Below, in pieces: positions 28,490 to 42,170 of a stretch of DNA of 64,000 nucleotides. Origin of the DNA: Chiloscyllium plagiosum (taxonomy: Eukaryota); the NCBI RefSeq assembly GCF_004010195.1, contig NC_057736.1, positions 14,120,062-14,184,061 on the forward strand. The letters are read 5' to 3'. Made by a program: the position numbers and the translations under genes. A model generated the notes under the pieces. That model saw nothing but the letters and a program-made list of their open reading frames with translations, did no database searches and was not told where the DNA came from. The first letter of the stretch is position 1. The number at the start of each line of letters is the position of its first letter.

Positions 28490-28762
28490 CGCAATTTTTA
28501 TGATGCTTTAGAATTTCCAGTTTGTCGGTTCCAGTCACTTCCACTTCGTCATGGGTGTGCAAATCTTTACACGTCCATCTCCCATCAGAATCATCTCAGG
28601 GCTCCTCGCTTCTTCCTGTAAAAAAAGGCTTGAACTGTCCCTTTCCACCATCACCCTCCTCTGCCTGGCTGAGCTTATCCTCACTTTGAAAAGCTTTTCC
28701 TTTAACTTCTTTTACTTTTTTTCAGGTCAGTAGGGTGACCATGGGTACCTGCATGGGCCTCA
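28490..28762 (+). mobile_element. Penelope-like RT fragment
   Basis: TITLLCLAELILTLKSFSF and MGTCMG motifs, similar to the 62.6-64 kb element. Confidence 0.55.
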
Positions 28763-29115
28763 GTTATGAGGGGCATGGATAGTGTAAATATATAAGATCT
28801 TTTTTTCCTGGGGGAGTCTACAACTAGACGGCATAGGGTTAGGGTGATAGGGGAAAGATTTAAAAGGGACCGAAGGGGCAACGTTTTCACAGAAAGGGTG
28901 GTGTGTGTGTTAATGAGCAGCCAGAGGGATGAATGGAGGCTGGTACAGTTACAATATTTAAAATGCATCTGGATGGGTATATGAATAAGAAGGGTTTAGA
29001 GGGATATGGAAAAGTGCTGGCAAATGGGACTGGATTAATTTAGGATATCTGATTGGCATGGACGCGTTGGACCGATGGGTCTGTTTCCATGCTGTACATC
29101 TCTATGAATCTATGA
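28763..29115 (+). mobile_element. CR1 3' fragment
   Basis: Same 3' UTR and tail as the other CR1 copies (ctgtacatctctatga). Confidence 0.8.
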
Positions 29116-31770
29116 AAATACCGATGATAATCAATTGGCATTCATTGAAAATGTTAACATCCAAATGCAAGTTTAAGTCTGTTTTTTCAACTATTTAATG
29201 TAAAGATTATTCTCATTGCTGGGAAGGATACTGTGATCACAGATGCATTGTTCTGAGTAAAATGATGGAATAAGTTAAAGATTTAAGAAATGCTGAAAGA
29301 TTATCTTAGATTCAATAAGGGAGGAAAGAAGGATGATTGGATGTAAGTCTCATCTTTCTTTCTTTGTTTGCCATAGTTCTTGTGTATGATGTGCAGTTTT
29401 GAAATAGTGTTTCATGTTTTATAAGGATGGAACTATGTAAAGATTGCATCTTTTTATTTTTTGGAAAATTACTATTTTTCAAATCAAGCACTCGGGAAGG
29501 AATTGTTGCACTTTTGAAAACAAATTGCTGGAACTTATTGTGAGTTGAGTTGACACTATTATTTTGCTAGCATTAGAGGAGGTGAGATAAGTGGTCACAT
29601 TATTGTGGTATGTGTATGCAGAGAGTGATTCAGCTGGTAACAGGTAGCTGATGGTCTGTACAAATGTGACTGCTTGTGATGTCAAATGTTATCAGTCTGG
29701 TGACAACCCTCTGACTGTGATACAGTGACAGAAGTTTACAGTGTGGGAGAAGCCTCTGGAATGCTGTGTCTCTATTTCTCTGCAGTAAAAGTACCTGAAG
29801 TTTGAAGAAAGACAATTTTTTTCCCACCAGTTGATGTAAGCTGTTGTCTTTGACCAGTGACCAAGAGACTTGGTAATTATGTAGCAACTGCCCTGTGACT
29901 TCTGTGAAGAAGTGAAATAAGCTGGAGAAGGGGGAAATCAAAGAACAGAAAATCTTGGGAAGTAAAAGGAACAGCTCATCAAACTTTATGGACTTGTGCT
30001 ATTGCACTGTATTAGCCCCATTTTCTTTCCATAATATATATGTTTTTCCTAATTGTCTGTGTCTGTCTGTCTGTGTGCGTAGGAGATTAAAAGGGGTTAG
30101 AGTTTCAACTAGTTGAGTTATATGTTGGTAGTTTATTGTTTTACTTATCTGTGGCTAGAACTTACTACTTGGAATATTCAGAGTTCTTGGTAAGTATGGA
30201 AGCCTAGTCAGTGCTTTTTGTTAAACCAATTCCATCGGATAGGTAAACTGGGGACTTTGTGTACTTTGATGAAACCATTAACTTTTGTGGTGACCCCTGT
30301 AGTGGTGGGGCTCGAGAATCAAAATACTCTCCTAAGGGGATTATGATAGCATCAAGATCTAAAACATATAGCAGAACAAAGTTTGAACCAATTTCTCAAC
30401 ACTATCTATTAAAGAGATTCAATACCAGAAAAATACAGACTCACCTCAACTCTTCAGGGTTTTACTTAACTGACTGCTTATAGTCAGGATTGCAAGGATT
30501 GTGAATAAAATTTGATTAATCTTTACCAAGCCTGTTGATCTACATTTCCTCTAACTTATCTAACTGCTGTGTGGAGTTCCAAACTCCTTGCACAGAAACA
30601 GCTGATAAACTGGAAGTAAATGTGTTGGCCTGCTAATTGGCATGCATAGATTCTCAGAGCAACTATGCAATTGTGCAGCTTAGATGGAACATTGCTGGTG
30701 ACATGAACTTCTCTCAAATCTGAGAACTTAAACTTTCTCAGTTCTAAAAACCCGCGGCTTTCTAAACAAACTCTCCTGATTTGGAAGTTTCATCAATTAA
30801 AACCTTCTGCTAATGTGATAAATTAAGTTTCAAGTTTAAAAATATTGTTCAATTATTATCTGTAGTTATATTATGAAGATTAACTAGTTGAACTATAAAT
30901 GTAATGCATAGTACCTCCCCAGTACTATGCAGTACTTATACCTCCCCAGTACTACCTTGAATTACTGCTCCAAACAAGCCTTAAAGCTCAATCATTCATT
31001 TAATTAATGACTCTGGACTTCCATTCTGAGGACTCGTTGACTTTCTTTCCCTGTTTTGTATTACTCCTTTCTCCTAACATGCCTCCAGAGCACACCCTGC
31101 AGCTCCATATAAAATCTTGGTCACCAATATCTACTCCTCCAGTCTTTATGATGAACATTAGATCTTTGAAGCTGAATTACTGCTCAGTGAGGTCACTAAT
31201 AACTGTTAAGGAAGGAGACATGGCAACTTTAAGAACACAAGCAAGATACTTTGGATGCTGGAAAATTAAAACCAAATACTCAGCAGGTTAGGCAGCATCT
31301 GCGGAGAAGAAATAAAACTAATGTTTCAGTGATGTAACCTGAGGGGTAAATATTGGTTCAGGCCACTAAGGATAATTCCGTTTCTCTTTTTTAATAAAGT
31401 GCCATGACTTTTAATATTGACCCGTGTAGGCAACCAGGGCCTTGATTAAATATCTTGTCTGAGAGCCAAAACCTCTGCGTTCATGTACCATTCCAGGACT
31501 TGATGCCCAAAGTTAGTATATTATGGCCAAACAAGTTGAGTATCAAAGTCCTCTATAAACAATCCAAAGGCTGACAGCACAGCAAAAAGTCCTGGTCAAC
31601 CGTTTGCAGAAAGCAATATCAAACCACTGCAGTACCTTGACAGAAATTACTATGGACCGACGCAGAAGTCCAAGGTGTAATGATACCTGAACAAAGAGGG
31701 CACCACTCATCGCCTGTATCGGTCTAGATGTCCAATGCGCAGGTGCAACCGCCCTCTGCCAGTCTGAAAG

Positions 31771-32110
31771 ATGGCGGCCCAGGATGATGTTTACGCGGTT
31801 GTCGGGAATATTCCGCGCAGTCTTCGCTCTGCTGATCTCCGCCATCAGTTCTCACAGTTCACCGAGAGTGGTGGCTTCAGCTGTTTTCATTACCGGCACC
31901 GGCCCGAAAGGAAGAGGTTGCCGTCCTCGACTGTAGCCAGGGCACCGGAGCCAGGCCGCAGCCCGACCTGCTGCTGTGTGGTTCGGCTGCCAGCTGATCG
32001 AGCCTCCAGCTTTCAGCTGATGTACGACGGCTGTCAATGGCTGGATAGGGCCGGAGACAGTCTGCAGAGCCACTGTTTCATCCGTATTGTCCGAACGGCG
32101 GAGATTGCAG
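31771..32110 (+). CDS. GPATCH3: GPATCH3 exon 1
   Basis: ATG in a CpG-rich region overlapping a YY1-like AAGATGGCGGC; donor GTGAGA. Confidence 0.92.
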
Positions 32111-35100
32111 GTGAGAGTTGGGGGGAATGGGGAAGGGGATGAGTGGTATAGGAGGGAGGGGGAAAGTAGGGTAAGAGATTTTATAGTACGGAAAAAAAGG
32201 CTCTTGGGCCCGTCGTGTCCACGTTGGTCACCTAAATACTTCTTAAATGTCATAAGTATTCCTGGGACCCTTTCTGGCAAGCAAATTCCTCAAAGTCCCT
32301 TTAAATTTCCTGTTGCATTTGTCTTAAAACTGTACATTACTAACAGCATATGCTCTTTTGTTGCCTAACTGATGGCAAATGGTTTGGAGGAATATGGGCC
32401 GGGTGCTGGCAGGTGGGACTAGATTGGGTTGGGATATCTGGTCGGCACCGAGATGTTGGACCGAAGGATCTGTGTCAGTACTGTACATTTCTAATACTCT
32501 ATAAAAACCAAAATACAGTGGATTCTGGTAATCTGAAACAGACACAGAATGCTGGAGAAACTCAGCAGGTCTAGCCCTCCCAAAATGTAGCTTCTCTCAA
32601 TTTGCTGAATTAAATTCCATTTGCTGTTGTTCAGCCCATCTGCCAGCTTGTCTATATTGTCCTTTACTCTTAAGGCTTTCGTCCTCACTATTTATCACAC
32701 CACCAGTTTTTGTGTTATTTGTTAACTTGCTGATCATACTTCCTATATTCATGCCTACATCATTTATGTATTCTGCAAACAGCTTTCTGCTGCTAAGCCT
32801 GTTTTGAATCCAATTTTCAATTTTCCCATTATACCACAGACTCATAGCTGCTTAGCTAGTTGCCATGAGAAATCTTGTCAAAAGCCTGACTGAAATCCAC
32901 GCAGACAACATAGCTGCACTACCCTCATCTACATATGTAGTCACCTCCATAAAAAAAGAATGAAACTTGTTCAACATGCTCTCCCTCTAACAAAGCCTAG
33001 CTGCCCATCTTTGCTTGATTCATGCCTCTCCAAGCAGAGATTCATTCTGTAAAATTTCAGAATATGGAATTTTTCCAACAGTTTCCCCACTACTGTTCCA
33101 AAACTGGATAACTTCCCTGAAATGTCATGGGATGCTTTGCTATTTAAAATAAACTATTCATCACAAGTTATGAAATCTTGTAGCTTGGATGGCTAAACTT
33201 TAAACCTCCAGACCTGCCTATATGAACAGATCACTGCTACTATAAAGTATCATGAGTCTGAAAAACAATTTGTAGGTTTGAAGCAGCACCTGTATAAATG
33301 TATTACAGTGGCACTGGGCAGTTTCGTAGAATCATAGAATCCCTATCGTGCAGCTAAAGGCCATTCAGCCCATCATGGCTGCACCCACCCTCCAAAGAGT
33401 ATCCCACCCAGACCATGTCTCTGGGGATTTTAGTATGTACAAATGTTTGGGCTTTGCTGTTCTGTATGGGAAGAGGTCTATGTTCATTACTGCTTATCTT
33501 CAACAGATTCTCACCTCTTCTCATACAAAACCAGAAAGGAACTTCGGAATCGAAGAGCTCTAAGTGAGACTTTCACACCTGAGGATTTGTCCAGATTGCC
33601 AGAGTTAAACCCCCCAACGCTGATGCCCAATGGGAATGTGGGAACGCCACTGAGAGTTTTCCTAGAATTGATCCAAGCGTGCCGTTTGCCACCCCGCATT
33701 ATCACCAAGCTTGATCTGAAATTTCCCAAGACCACCTCAAACAGGCGTTATGGTAATGTTCCTTTTAAGTACCAGGACTCTGCTTCCTTTAAGTGTATGG
33801 AGGCAATATATACAGCTGCAGGAGAAAACCCACAGAGAGATGTGTGTGCTCCTGTGCAGCAAACAGGAAAGAAGCAACATGGAACTGGACACAGGAAGTC
33901 TTTCCAGACAGGAGATGAGGAGGAGGCAGAGGAGTCTCATTCTGATGAAGTAAGTAACGTTTTCTTGGTGCTTTGCTTTGGTGTGAGGAAAGGTCATGGA
34001 TAGACATGGATATTTGAAGTAGCCCCATCACCACGCTTGTCCTCCTTAGGCATCATGGTGAGCTGGGTGCTGCAAGGATTGGAACTTGAGCCTGAATTAG
34101 GATGGATGGGTAGTCAAGGATAGCTCCAGGCGCTGGTTCTTAGTTTGTGCTGTCTGAACAGTTTTGCTCTAGTGAATTGTATAAATGCAAGTAGTGTTTG
34201 TGGCTGGTCACTGAGCTTTGTGTTTTTCTCAGGACAATGATACATGTGAGGAATGGGAAAGATACGAAGCACTCTACGAGGATGTTACGACTCAGGAGAG
34301 GATGAAGGAACGACTCTATGAGGAAGAGATTGAACTCAAGTGGGAGAAGGGAGGGTCGGGACTGGTGTTTTACACTGATGCTCAATATTGGCAGGAGGAG
34401 AAAGGAGGTAGGTTGTAATGTGAGGATTTTTAGGGTTGGAATAGACATGGAATGGTTGATCCACTAGTTGATGGGCACGTGTCAGTGGTTTAATTTTGCT
34501 GCTTTCTTTCAGATTTTGACGAGGAGACTGCAGATGACTGGGACGTCGATATGAGTGTCTACTATGATAAAGGTCAGTTTGGATGAATGGGTTCTTTATG
34601 AATTTTGATGATGTGCCTTTGGAATTTGATTTCTTATATTATCCTTTGCAAATGCAACAAAATGGTGAAGTATTATAGTAGACCATCATAAATGCAAGTT
34701 GCTTGTTTTACCTGTCTAATGACTGTTGCTATAATGCAGAGAATGGAAAAAGTTACTTCTCAAATTTTGCACAGGTGGCGGAGATAAAGATTCACAGGAT
34801 TATGTGCAGATGAGGCTAGAACAACGGCAGAGAGAGGGTGTGGAGATTGTCTCGGTGCAGTCCCCACGTATTGGAGGTTTTGAACGATATACTAAGGTAA
34901 GTGTGTTTCCTTGTTTAGCTTCCCCTCCAAATAGTTTATAACGATAAATTGATGGTTCTGCTAAATGTATGTGTTTAAACAGTCAGCTTCATTCAGAGCC
35001 TTCCAGCAAACTTAAATAATAATCTGGTCCCTACCGCTCTTCATGTGAATCAGAGAATAAGCAACTATTGTTGTACCTATTTCAAATGCTTGACAAACTG

Positions 35101-37345
35101 TGTAGACTTGCACAAAAGAGAAATGCTTTCGATGCCTGAAATCTGAAGTAAAAACATTTCAGAATTGTTCTGATGAAAGGGTCCTGTTCTTAGATGTTAA
35201 CTCTGTTCCTCTCCCCACAGATGCTGTCAGACCAACTGAGTATTTTCAGCATTTTCTCTTTTTGTTATGTAGAGATTTACTCTGTGTCATTGCTACTGCA
35301 ATTGTACAGGAAACATTTGCATTTATAACATACTTTTGCATCTATGGGATTAACCACAGTGCCTCTAGAAATAGGAGTGAACTATTTAGTTCCTCCAATC
35401 TTTTAATTCTCTCAACAAATGAACTACTTTTGTAGTAACCAAGCCAATTGCACATATGGTCCATGGCGGCAAATTAAATGATCAGCCCATTTTGCATGTT
35501 GTATTGACATTGGTTGAAAGAAAAATGTTGGCTAGGACACCGATAACTCCTAGCTTCTCTGTGGAAAGATTACCAAAGATTTTGTGTCCCCTGAACAAAC
35601 ATTGAGAGACTTTTTTGACAATACCTCCAACAGTGTACCTCCAATAATTCTGTGGTGCTTTTGACTCAATAATGGGTTTAACTCTCATATATATTGAAGT
35701 TTATACATCATTGCCTTGAGCTGCTAAACAAGATCTTTGTGATTAATGACATGGAGGTGCTGTTGTTAGACTGAGATGGACAAAGGTAGGAATCACACAG
35801 CACCACGTCCAATATGTAATTGCCAGAATTAATATGTAATTCCCAGAAGTACAAATTAATGAATCGAAACCTGCATCCCCATTCTAAGTTATTAAAGACT
35901 TAACATCAGTCTCTGTTTGTTCAATACATTGCATCAGTTCGATGACACTTTGATCTTTTACCATAAGTTCTGCTCCACCAGTTACCTGATGAAGGAGCAG
36001 TGCTCCGAAAGCTTGTACTTTCAAATAAATTGGACTATAACCTGGTGTTGTGTGGTTTTTTTTAACTTTGTGAATTAAGGTTGCAATGAAATGTGGTTAG
36101 GGTCAATGTCACAGCATTAGTTAATTTTGCAGATCAGTAAGTCTCCACAGGCATGTGGCTAGTTAGAATTGTTTCTTGTGCTGCATTGGGAATGAAATAT
36201 TGTAACTTGGTCTGATGAGCTATTGCTCACTGTTCAGCCAGTTTCTTTTTGGATAACAGAACATAGAACAGTACAGCACAGGAATATTTCACCATATCTG
36301 TGCTGACCGTGATGCTATTCTAATGTTGATTACTGCATTTTCTGATTCTTACCTAGGGAATTGGCAGGAAGGTGATGGAAAAGCAGGGATGGAGAGATGG
36401 GCAAGGTCTTGGCTCCAGTAATTCTGGTGTGGCTGATGCTCTGGACAATGATGGTCAGAACCCCAAGTGTAAACGAGGATTTGGGTAAGTGATACAAATG
36501 GCTCCTTAGTGACTGGGTTACAAAGAGTCTTCCACATGTAAATGTTTTTACTACACAGAAGTCTCAACTGGTAACAGGCTGTCGCTCATGATGCTCTGTT
36601 TACAGGAGAAGTTGTGTTGAACTATTGAGAGCTCTGTATTGACAATTTTTCAATGATTCTGCATGGAATGTTAAAACTGGGAACTGTATATTCCTGAAAC
36701 TGCAGTCAAACTGGAGAACTGTGATGAAAAAGTATTTTCTAGTTCACAAGTCTGTACTTTGGAACTCATGTTCCTAATAGTGTCAAATACCACATTTTGT
36801 GTGTGTGTGTGTGTGTGTTGGTGGGGGGATTGGGGTCATCAGGAGGTCACTGAAAGAAATGATGTGCATTTATATCATGCTATTACTTGAAACTGAATTT
36901 TGTGCTCAATTCTCTGGGTAAGACTTAAAAATCACATCCTTCTGATTCCAAGGCTACCTCTTGAGCCAAACTGATACTAATATGTCATGACAGAGTTTTG
37001 GTTTATTGTCTAGATGCTGCATAAATCTGAATCCTACTACCATCAATTGGAAGAGAAGAGCTTCAAGTTGGTTGTGATTTATTTGAATTGTCCTTGCTGA
37101 CATTGTTTTGTTAATATGTGATATTCTGCAGATATCACGGAGAAAGAATCCAAAACTACCAGCCAGCACGCAAAGCACGTCAACAAACCAAGCACTTGAT
37201 TTCAACTGTGTACGACCAGCCTGAGGAAATAGACCAGGGTGACACTCTGCTCCGTAGACAGCCAGTGATCAGCATGAAGTACAGAATGGATGTGCAGTTT
37301 GTCAAAGGGTCAGAGCTAAGCACCTACACTCTTTTACGCCAATAA
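31771..37345 (+). CDS. GPATCH3: G patch domain-containing protein 3, spliced CDS, 493 aa
   Basis: Exons 31771-32110, 33507-33949, 34233-34407, 34513-34572, 34775-34896, 36357-36484, 37132-37345, in frame (1482 nt). Motifs LRSADLR...CFHYRHRPE, LPELNPPTLMPNGNVGTP, EEWERYEAL...KWEKGGSGLVFYTDAQYW; G-patch GIGRKVMEKQGWRDGQGLG...KRGFG. Confidence 0.95.
33507..33949 (+). CDS. GPATCH3: GPATCH3 exon 2
   Basis: caacag/GTAAGT boundaries; within ORF 33443..34003. Confidence 0.92.
34233..34407 (+). CDS. GPATCH3: GPATCH3 exon 3
   Basis: DNDTCEEWERYEAL...QEEKG; ctcag/GTAGG boundaries. Confidence 0.94.
34513..34572 (+). CDS. GPATCH3: GPATCH3 exon 4
   Basis: DFDEETADDWDVDMSVYYDK; ttcag/GTCAG boundaries. 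Confidence 0.92.
34775..34896 (+). CDS. GPATCH3: GPATCH3 exon 5
   Basis: GGDKDSQDYVQMRLE...IGGFERYTK; acag/GTAAGT boundaries. Confidence 0.92.
35983..36017 (+). ncRNA. Hammerhead motif of a third PLE family
   Basis: TAC-CTGATGA-A-GGAGC-AGT-GCTCC-GAAAGCTT-GTA; palindromic stem III AAGCTT. Confidence 0.6.
36357..36484 (+). CDS. GPATCH3: GPATCH3 exon 6 (G-patch)
   Basis: GIGRKVMEKQGWRDGQGLGSSNSGVADALDNDGQNPKCKRGFG; tag/GTAAGT boundaries. Confidence 0.94.
37132..37345 (+). CDS. GPATCH3: GPATCH3 exon 7 coding part
   Basis: YHGERIQ...LISTVYDQP...GDTLLRRQP...MKYR; ctgcag acceptor; TAA stop. Confidence 0.9.
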
Positions 37346-37817
37346 TAACATTCTCCAGTTGTTGGTATATCCTTAGTGGAGTCTGGTACTTCTGTGAAAT
37401 ACAGTATTAGTCTTGGTACCTGCTGTGCCTTGGCACTGACAATGCAACAAGGTGTAATATTCACAGGTGCAAACCATGGTCCAGGTTCCCCAACCCCATC
37501 TAACATTGACCATACATCAGCATACAACCTGGAACAATCATACAGTAAACATGGTCTCTAAGCAATTGAGGGACTGGATGAAGTTCTAGCAAAATGATCA
37601 GAGGAAGAACAGTAACAACTCTTGGTATTTATATGCCTTTGCTCTAGTGGAAAGATATCTCAACCATGCTTCCCAGAATCATTATCAGAAAATTATTGTC
37701 TTCGTGTTAAAGGAGAACTTGGGCAAGCTGAAAAGCTTGGAGAGGAGATGCACAAAAGGCCAAGGTGGAAGGCATGATGAGATTTGAACAGAAGGTTGAA
37801 AATTATAATTCACAGGT

Positions 37818-40800
37818 ATCATAGAACATAGAAAGTTACAGTGCAGTACAGGCCCTTTGGCCCTTGATGTTGTGCTGACCTGTGAAATTAATCTGATGCC
37901 CATCTAACCTACACTGTTCCATTATTATCCATACGTATGTCCAATGCCCATTTAAATGTCCTTAATGTCGGCCAGTCTACTACTGTTGTAGGCAGGCCGT
38001 TCCACGCTCCTACTACTCTGAGTAAAGAAACTATCTCTGATATCTGTCCTAAATCTATCACCCCTCAATTTAAAGCTATGTCCCCTCATGTTAGCCTTCA
38101 CCATTCGAGGAAAAAAGCTCTCGCTGTCCAGCCTATCTAACTCTCTGATTATCTTATACTCTGTCCTAAATCTATCACCCCTCAATTTAAAGCTATGTCC
38201 CCTCATGTTAGCCTTCACCATTCAAGGGAAAAAAGCTCTCGCTGTCCAGCCTATCTAACTCTCTGATTATCTTATACATCTTGATTAAGTCACCCCTTAA
38301 TCTTCTTCTCCCCAACAAAAACAGCCTCAGTTCCCTCAGCCTTTCCCCTTAAGACCTTCCTTCTGTACCAGGCAACATCTTAGTAAATCTCCTCTGAACC
38401 CTTTCCAAAGCTTCCACATCTTTCCTATAATATGGTGACCAGAACTGCACGCAATACCCCAGGTGCCTTGGACAACTGAAGTATGACCTTGTGGCTCCGA
38501 AACTCAATACCCCTACCAGTAAACGCCAACACACCATATACCTTCTTAACAACCCTATCAACCTGAGGGTCAACTTTCTGGGATTTATGCACCTGGACAC
38601 CAAGGTCTCTCTGTTCATCTTCACTGCCAAGAATTTTACCATTAGCCCAGTACTTTGCATACCTGTTACTTCTTTTGAAGTGAACTACCTCACACTTTTC
38701 CGCATTAAACTCCACTTGCCACTTCTTAACCCAGCTCTGCATCTTATCTATGTCCCTCTGTAACCCACAACATCCTTCCGCACTATCCACAACTCTGCCT
38801 GCCTTAGTGTTATCTGCAAATTTACTAACCCATCCTTCTACGCCCACCTCCAGATCATATATAAAAATGACAAACAGCAATAGCCCCAAAACAGATCCTT
38901 GCAGCACACCACTGATAACTGAGCTCCAGGATGAACATTTCCCATCAGCCAACACCCTGTCTTCTTTCAGCTAGCCAATTTCTGATCCAAACCGCTAAAT
39001 CACCTTCAATCCCGAAACTCCTTATTTTGTACAATAGCCTACCATGTGGAACCTTATCAAATGCCTTACTGAAGTCCATATACACCACATCACCCTTCAT
39101 CCACCTGTTTTGTCACCTTCTCATAGAACTCAGTAAAGTTAGTGAGGCATGACCTACCCTTCACAAAATCGTGTTGACTATCCCTAATCAAATTATTCCT
39201 TTTCAGATGATTATAAATCCTATCTCCTTATCCTATCCTATAACCTTTTCCAACACCTTACCCACAACTGAAGTAAGGCTCACTTGGCCTATAATTACCA
39301 GGGTTGTCCCGACTCCCGTTCTTAAACAAAGGAACAGCATTTGCTATCCTACAGTCTTCTGGCACTACTCCTGTCGACGATAATGACATAAAGATCAAAG
39401 CCACAGGCTCTGCAATCTGCTCCCTGGCTTCCCAGAGAAAAAAAGGATAAAACCCATCCGGCCCCGGGGTCTCATCTATTTTCAGATCTTCCAAAATTGC
39501 TAAAACCTCCTCTTTGCCAACCTCAGCCCCATCTAATCTTGTCACCTGTATCTCTGTATTGTCATTAACATTGCCCTTTTCCAATGTGAATACTGACAAA
39601 AAGTATTCACTAAGCGCTTCCCCTATGTCCTCAGACTCGACACACAACTTTCCACTATTATCTTTGAGTGGCCCCAGTCATTCTTTTATTCCTGATATAC
39701 CTATAGAAGCCTTAGGGTTTTCTTTGATCCTATCTGCCAACAACTTCTCATGTTCCCTCCTGGCTCTCCTTAGCCCTCTCTTTAGATCTATTCTGGCTAA
39801 CTTATAACTCTCAAGCCCTCTAACTGACCTTTCACACCTCATCTTCTCATAAGCCTTCCTCTTCATCCTGACAAGAGCTTCAACTTCTTTAGTAAACCAT
39901 GGCTCTCTCTCTTGACAACTACCTCCCTGCCTGATATGTATATAGTTATCAAGGACCTGCAGTAGCTGTTCCATGAATAAGCTCCATGTTTCAAGAGTGT
40001 CCATCCCCTGCTGGTTCCTTCCCCATCCTATGCATCCTAAATTTTGCCTAATTGTATCACCTCTCTCTTTCCTCTTCCCCCCCCGTTATACCTCTTTCCC
40101 TGCAGTATATACCTACTCCTGCCCATTGCTATTGTAAACATAACCGAATTATAGTCACTATCGCCAAAGTGCTCACCTACCTCCAAATCTAACACCTGGC
40201 TGGGATCATTCACCAGTAGTAAATCCAATATGGTGTCGCCCCTTGTTGCTCTGTCTAAATACTGTGTCAGAAAACTCTCCTGCACATGTTGAACAAAACC
40301 TGATCTATCTACACTACTTGAGCTATAATGTTCCCAGGAGAAAGTGAGGTCTGCAGATGCTGGAGATCAGAGCTGGAAATGTGTTGCTGGAAAAGCGCAG
40401 CAGGTCAGGCAGCATCCAGGCATAAGCCCTTCCTGAAGAAGGGCTTATGCCCGAAACGTCGATTCTTCTGTTCCCTGGATGCTGCCTGACCTGCTGCGCT
40501 TTTCCAGCAACACATTTCCAGCTATAATGTTCCCAGTCAATACTGGGGAAATTAAAGTCCCCCATAACAACTACCCTGTTACACTCACTCCTATAGAGAA
40601 TCATCTTTGCTATCCTTTCCTCTACATCCCTGGAATAATTTGGAGGCCTATACAAAATTCCCCAACAGAGTGACCTCTCCTTTCCTGTTTCTACTCTCTG
40701 CCCAAACTACCTCAGTGGATGAGTCCTCAAATATTATCTCAGCTGCTGATTAATAAGCCACACCCCCTCCTCTTTTACCATCTTCTGTGTTCTCAAGAAC

Positions 40801-42170
40801 ATTTAAATGTGAAACATTTAAATCCCGGAATCTACAACAACCATTCCTGTCCCTTCTCGAGCCATATCTCCAAAGTCGCCACAACATCAACATCCCAGGT
40901 ACCAACCCCTGCTGCAAGTTCACTCACCTTATTCTAGATGTGCCTGGCATTGAAATACACATTTCAAACCAACATCCTGATTGTTGGTGTCTTCTCAGAA
41001 CCTTGTAAAACTCTCCCTGACCTTTCTTCCCTCAATCTCCTGTACACTGGAATAATATTTCAGGTTCCCATTCCCCTGCTGCATTAGTTTAAACCCCCCC
41101 CATGAAGAGCATTAGCAAAGCCCCGATATTGGTACCCCTCTGGTTCAGGTGAAAACCATCCTGTTTGTAGAAGTTCCACCTTCCCCAGAAACAGCTCCAA
41201 TTATCTAAGAATCCAAAACCCACCCTCCTGTACCAGCCACGTGTTCAACTCTGCTCTCTCCCTGTTCCTTGCTTCACTAGCATGTGGCACGGGCAACAAA
41301 TCAGAGATAACAACTCTATTTGTTCTGGCTCTAAGCTTCCACCCTAGCTCCCTGAATTTCTGCCTTAGATCCCCACCTTTCTTCCTCCCTATGTCATTGG
41401 TGTCTATGTGGACCACAACTTGGGGCTGCTCCCCTTCCCCCTCAAGGATCCCAAAAACACGATCAGAGTCATCACGAACCCTGGCACCTGGGAGGCAACA
41501 CACCAATCGGGAGTCTCTCTCATTCCCATAAAACCTCCTATCTGTCCTCCTAACTATGCAGTTCCCAATGACTAAAGCTCTGCTCCTCTTCCTCCTTCCC
41601 CTCTGAGCAACAGACAGACTCTGCGCCAAAGATCTGTGCTCCATTGCTTACCCCTAGTAAGTTGTACCCCTCCACAGTATCCAAAACGGTATACTTGTTG
41701 TTGAGGGGAACCACCACAGGAGATCCCTGCACTGCCTGCGGGTTCCCTTTCCTACCCCTGAGGGTAATCCATCTACCTTCTTCATGTGGCTGTGGAGTAA
41801 CTACCTAACTATAACTCCCTCCACCTTCTGAATGATCCGAAGTTCATCCAGCTCCAGCTCCAGTTCCCTAACATGGTTCTCGAGGAGCTGGGGTTGGGTG
41901 CACTTGCCACAAATGAAGTCAGTAGGGACACCAGAGGTGATCCTTACCTCCCACATACTGCAGGAGGGACATTCAACTGCCCTCACCTCCATCCCCGCTA
42001 TTCTAAATTCCCAAATAGACTGCCGGAAAAAAATTGAAACACAAAAGAAAACACTTGTCACCTTGCCAACCGACGCACAGAGCTTGTTTGTTTTTTGGTT
42101 AGAAGAGGAGGAGGAGGAGGATGGGTGGGAGACACTACCCGAATAGTGTTTCGAGTAAAGCAACCGACCA
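37818..42170 (-). mobile_element. Near full-length CR1-clade LINE (degenerate ORF1 zinc finger/SGNH esterase plus APE-RT ORF2)
   Basis: ORF1 VECPSCSMWEV...CGKC and ALVIGNCIVR...CLPGARVRD; APE YRPPN/GDFNFP; RT PGNYRP, QGSVLG, FADNTK; 3' (TTCTATG)n tail at 37818. Confidence 0.9.
40338..40519. mobile_element. PLE-derived inverted repeat nested in CR1 ORF2
   Basis: TSD AGCTATAATGTTCCCAG at 40321-40337 and 40520-40536; core CTGAAGA 40433-40439. Confidence 0.8.
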
